From Naegleria gruberi (Eukaryota): a stretch of DNA of 1,138 nt. Made by a program: the position numbers and the translations under genes. The stretch lies in assembly GCA_000004985.1 (NCBI GenBank), contig GG739535.1, one strand, 5' to 3'. The notes beneath the pieces are model-generated. The model saw nothing but the letters and a program-made list of their open reading frames with translations, was not told where the DNA came from and made no database searches. The number at the start of each line of letters is the position of its first letter. Positions within the stretch are counted from its first letter, which is position 1. Shown piece after piece: positions 1-1,138 of this stretch.

Positions 1-877
1 AACTGTTTAATTTTCCATTAATGATTTCTTCCACTTTGAAAATGAGAGATTCTGCTCTGTCCAAATGATTCTTAATCTTTGTTTCAGTTGACATTGGATG
101 TGAATAGTATGATTCCAATAGTAAACAAGCTTCTACCAAATGATTTCTTATTTTGGAAAATTCCTTCTTAATATATTCAATTTGTTTAGGAGTAGTAATA
201 TAGTAATTATATAACTTGCCAGCCAATTGAGCTGTCGTTGTACATGAATCAAGCAAGCAAAATATCATAAAATTGGATACTTGCTTATCTAAAGCATCTT
301 GTAATTGAGTTTTGAATTTTTTAACACCTTCCTGAATAGTGTTATCAGTTATTTCAGTCAAGTTATCAATCCAATCTTTGGATGAAACTTGTTTTTTAGC
401 TGGTTTCAACCATTCTAGTATAGTATTGGCAGGTGTTTGAAGATTTTCTGGAAGTAATTCAGCTGCTTTCTTACATCCATTATCAAGGAATTTATCCCAA
501 ATTTGACTAAGTGCATCGAGACAACCATTTGCCTTACCACTCACTGAATTACAAACTTCACAAATTTCCTCCCTCGTTACAGCATTTTTCAGAGAGGTTT
601 CCATTTCAGATAAAAGTGATGGAATGTTACTACTCAATTCAGTAATGTGATTTACAGCAGCCAAACGAAATGGAAGTTCAATAACTTTACCAACAACCAA
701 CAAGGTCAATAGAGAGACACTATTAGATTCTTTATCTTTTATTTCCTCAAATGGAACAGCATCTGGTAATTCAGCAGCTAATAAAGTTGCAAGAGAACCA
801 AGTTGTTCCTTTAATTCTTCATCACTATAATTATGTGTTGGAAGCAACTCAATAGCACGTAATAGATTTTCAGTCAT
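1..877 (-). CDS. N-terminal 292 codons of a protein of unrecognised family (hypothetical, probably helical, soluble, Cys-containing); the 3' end runs beyond the left edge of the window
   Basis: I reverse-complemented the window block by block and checked that the frame is continuous. It starts ATG ACT GAA AAT CTA TTA CGT GCT... at complement 877-875. There is no stop codon through 292 codons (codons occupy 877 down to 2; position 1 is the first base of codon 293). In about 67% A+T sequence an open frame of this length is very unlikely by chance. Reading upstream in the same frame gives a TAA at complement 935-937 with no other ATG in between, so 877 is the first possible start. A is at -3, preceded by an A-rich leader (AATAATAAAAAAAACAACAAATATA ATG on the coding strand). 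Codon choice is non-random and yeast-like (TTG/TTA, CCA, GGT, GCT, AGA, GAA). The +-strand frames across the same region are broken by frequent stops. Confidence 0.8.
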   Translation of the reverse strand, partial: MTENLLRAIELLPTHNYSDEELKEQLGSLATLLAAELPDAVPFEEIKDKESNSVSLLTLLVVGKVIELPFRLAAVNHITELSSNIPSLLSEMETSLKNAVTREEICEVCNSVSGKANGCLDALSQIWDKFLDNGCKKAAELLPENLQTPANTILEWLKPAKKQVSSKDWIDNLTEITDNTIQEGVKKFKTQLQDALDKQVSNFMIFCLLDSCTTTAQLAGKLYNYYITTPKQIEYIKKEFSKIRNHLVEACLLLESYYSHPMSTETKIKNHLDRAESLIFKVEEIINGKLNS

Positions 878-888
878 TATATTTGTTG

Positions 889-896
889 TTTTTTTT
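889..896 (-). promoter_or_regulatory. Poly(dA:dT) tract (T8 on +, A8 on the gene strand) within the 5' leader, 12-19 nt upstream of the ATG
   Basis: Read directly (gttgTTTTTTTTatt). Homopolymeric dA:dT tracts are typical of nucleosome-depleted yeast promoters and 5' UTRs. Low specificity. Confidence 0.3.
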
Positions 897-986
897 ATTA
901 TTGTAAGGAGGAACAAGTTGTGAATGTGGAGCTGTTATTGGATTGATGATAATGTGTATTCTTAAACAATTGTTTGGTGATTTGTT

Positions 987-996
987 AAACGTGATA
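987..996. promoter_or_regulatory. Copy 3 of the element in inverted orientation (AAACGTGATA = reverse complement of TATCACGTTT)
   Basis: Read directly: gttAAACGTGATAtaagg at 987-996, a 10/10 match to the reverse complement of the other two copies. It overlaps a TATA-like stretch (gATATAAGg, 994-1000) about 118 nt upstream of the ATG. Confidence 0.35.
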
Positions 997-1046
997 TAAG
1001 GTTACATGAATCAAATATTTAGTCATTCGGTATTGAAATGTTCTTT

Positions 1047-1057
1047 TATCACGTTTT
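1047..1057. promoter_or_regulatory. Copy 1 of repeated E-box-like element TATCACGTTTT (core CACGTT)
   Basis: Read directly: ttTATCACGTTTTatg at 1047-1057. An identical 11-mer recurs 15 bp downstream and an inverted 10-mer copy lies 50 bp upstream. CACGTT is a half-canonical E-box (CACGTG-type bHLH site); CACGTTTT is the form known from the low-affinity Pho4 site of yeast PHO5 UASp1. Confidence 0.4.
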
Positions 1058-1061
1058 ATGC

Positions 1062-1072
1062 TATCACGTTTT
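1062..1072. promoter_or_regulatory. Copy 2 of TATCACGTTTT, direct repeat of copy 1 (15-bp period)
   Basis: Read directly: gcTATCACGTTTTgaa at 1062-1072. This is an exact 11/11 match to 1047-1057. Confidence 0.4.
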
Positions 1073-1090
1073 GAAATTTCCCTTAACTGA

Positions 1091-1104
1091 ATTTATTAAT
1101 AAAT
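1091..1104. repeat. 14-bp perfect palindrome ATTTATTAATAAAT
   Basis: Read directly: the sequence equals its own reverse complement. It is entirely A/T, so it is not a stable hairpin or terminator. It may be a TATA-like element or a dimeric homeodomain or forkhead-type AT-rich site, or it may be chance in AT-rich DNA. Confidence 0.25.
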
Positions 1105-1138
1105 TAATGGAATAATTGAGTTGAAAATAATGATTTTA

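Larger units (their letters stand above)
878..1138 (-). promoter_or_regulatory. 5' flank / promoter region of the minus-strand gene (non-coding)
   Basis: All six frames are closed by stops within short distances. The region is AT-rich with homopolymer tracts, repeated short motifs and a palindrome. It lies immediately upstream of the only credible start codon. The assignment is positional only, with no transcript data. Confidence 0.55.

Noticed and set aside
248-264. aatcaagcaagcaaaat micro-repeat (caagcaagcaa)
   Set aside because: It is only 2.5 units of a 4-mer inside the coding region (encoding ...FCLLDS...). That is trivial slippage-scale repetition, not a satellite or a CRISPR-like array.
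1-877. Possible coding on the + strand, antisense to the main ORF
   Set aside because: All three + frames hit stops within a few codons, for example frame 1 TAA at 19-21, frame 2 TAA at 8-10, frame 3 TGA at 69-71. No + ORF of meaningful length exists.
907-963. Shine-Dalgarno-like AGGAGG (907-912) followed 7-12 nt later by GTG (920) and ATG (925) on the + strand, resembling a bacterial RBS plus start
   Set aside because: The downstream frames close almost immediately (GTG frame: VNVELLLD*; ATG frame: MWSCYWIDDNVYS*, 13 aa). The rest of the window looks eukaryotic. This is best explained as chance, and it lies in the 5' leader/promoter of the minus-strand gene.
1008-1076. +-strand small ORF ATG AAT CAA ... 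TTT TGA (22 codons), which overlaps the repeated motifs
   Set aside because: It is too short and has no codon bias. It sits inside an otherwise non-coding AT-rich flank, and its content is just the repeated TATCACGTTTT elements read in frame.
1-1138. CRISPR arrays, tRNA/rRNA, IS/transposon terminal inverted repeats, phage att-like sites
   Set aside because: I found no regularly spaced repeats of 20 nt or more, no cloverleaf-compatible GC-rich stems, and no long terminal inverted repeats. The only repeats are the short promoter motifs described above.

Overview
This 1138-nt window is AT-rich (I estimate about two-thirds A+T) and holds one clearly supportable gene. A single uninterrupted reading frame on the minus strand starts at an ATG (complement of 875-877) and is still open at the left edge of the window: 292 codons with no stop. 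The first in-frame ATG lies just downstream of an in-frame stop (complement of 935-937). The deduced protein begins MTENLLRAIELLPTHNYSDEELKEQLGSLATLLAAELPDAVPFEEIKDKESNSVSLLTLLVVGK... and reads as a leucine-, glutamate- and lysine-rich, probably alpha-helical, soluble protein with 7 Cys and no N-terminal signal peptide. I cannot assign it to a named family from memory. Several features point to an intron-poor budding-yeast-type eukaryote rather than a bacterium, although I cannot prove this. These are the codon usage (TTG/TTA Leu, CCA Pro, GGT Gly, GCT Ala, AGA Arg, GAA, AAA), the A-rich leader directly 5' of the ATG, and the absence of any convincing operon partner. The remaining 260 nt (878-1138) is the 5' flank or promoter of that gene. 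Its most striking content is a 10-11 nt E-box-like element, TATCACGTTT(T), present three times within about 90 bp: two direct copies 15 bp apart and one inverted copy. There are also a TATA-like stretch, a T8/A8 tract and a 14-bp perfect AT palindrome. I see no rRNA, tRNA, CRISPR array, transposon end or prokaryotic operon structure, and nothing I can honestly call a novel multi-gene system. The notable points are the unassigned protein and the repeated promoter motif.
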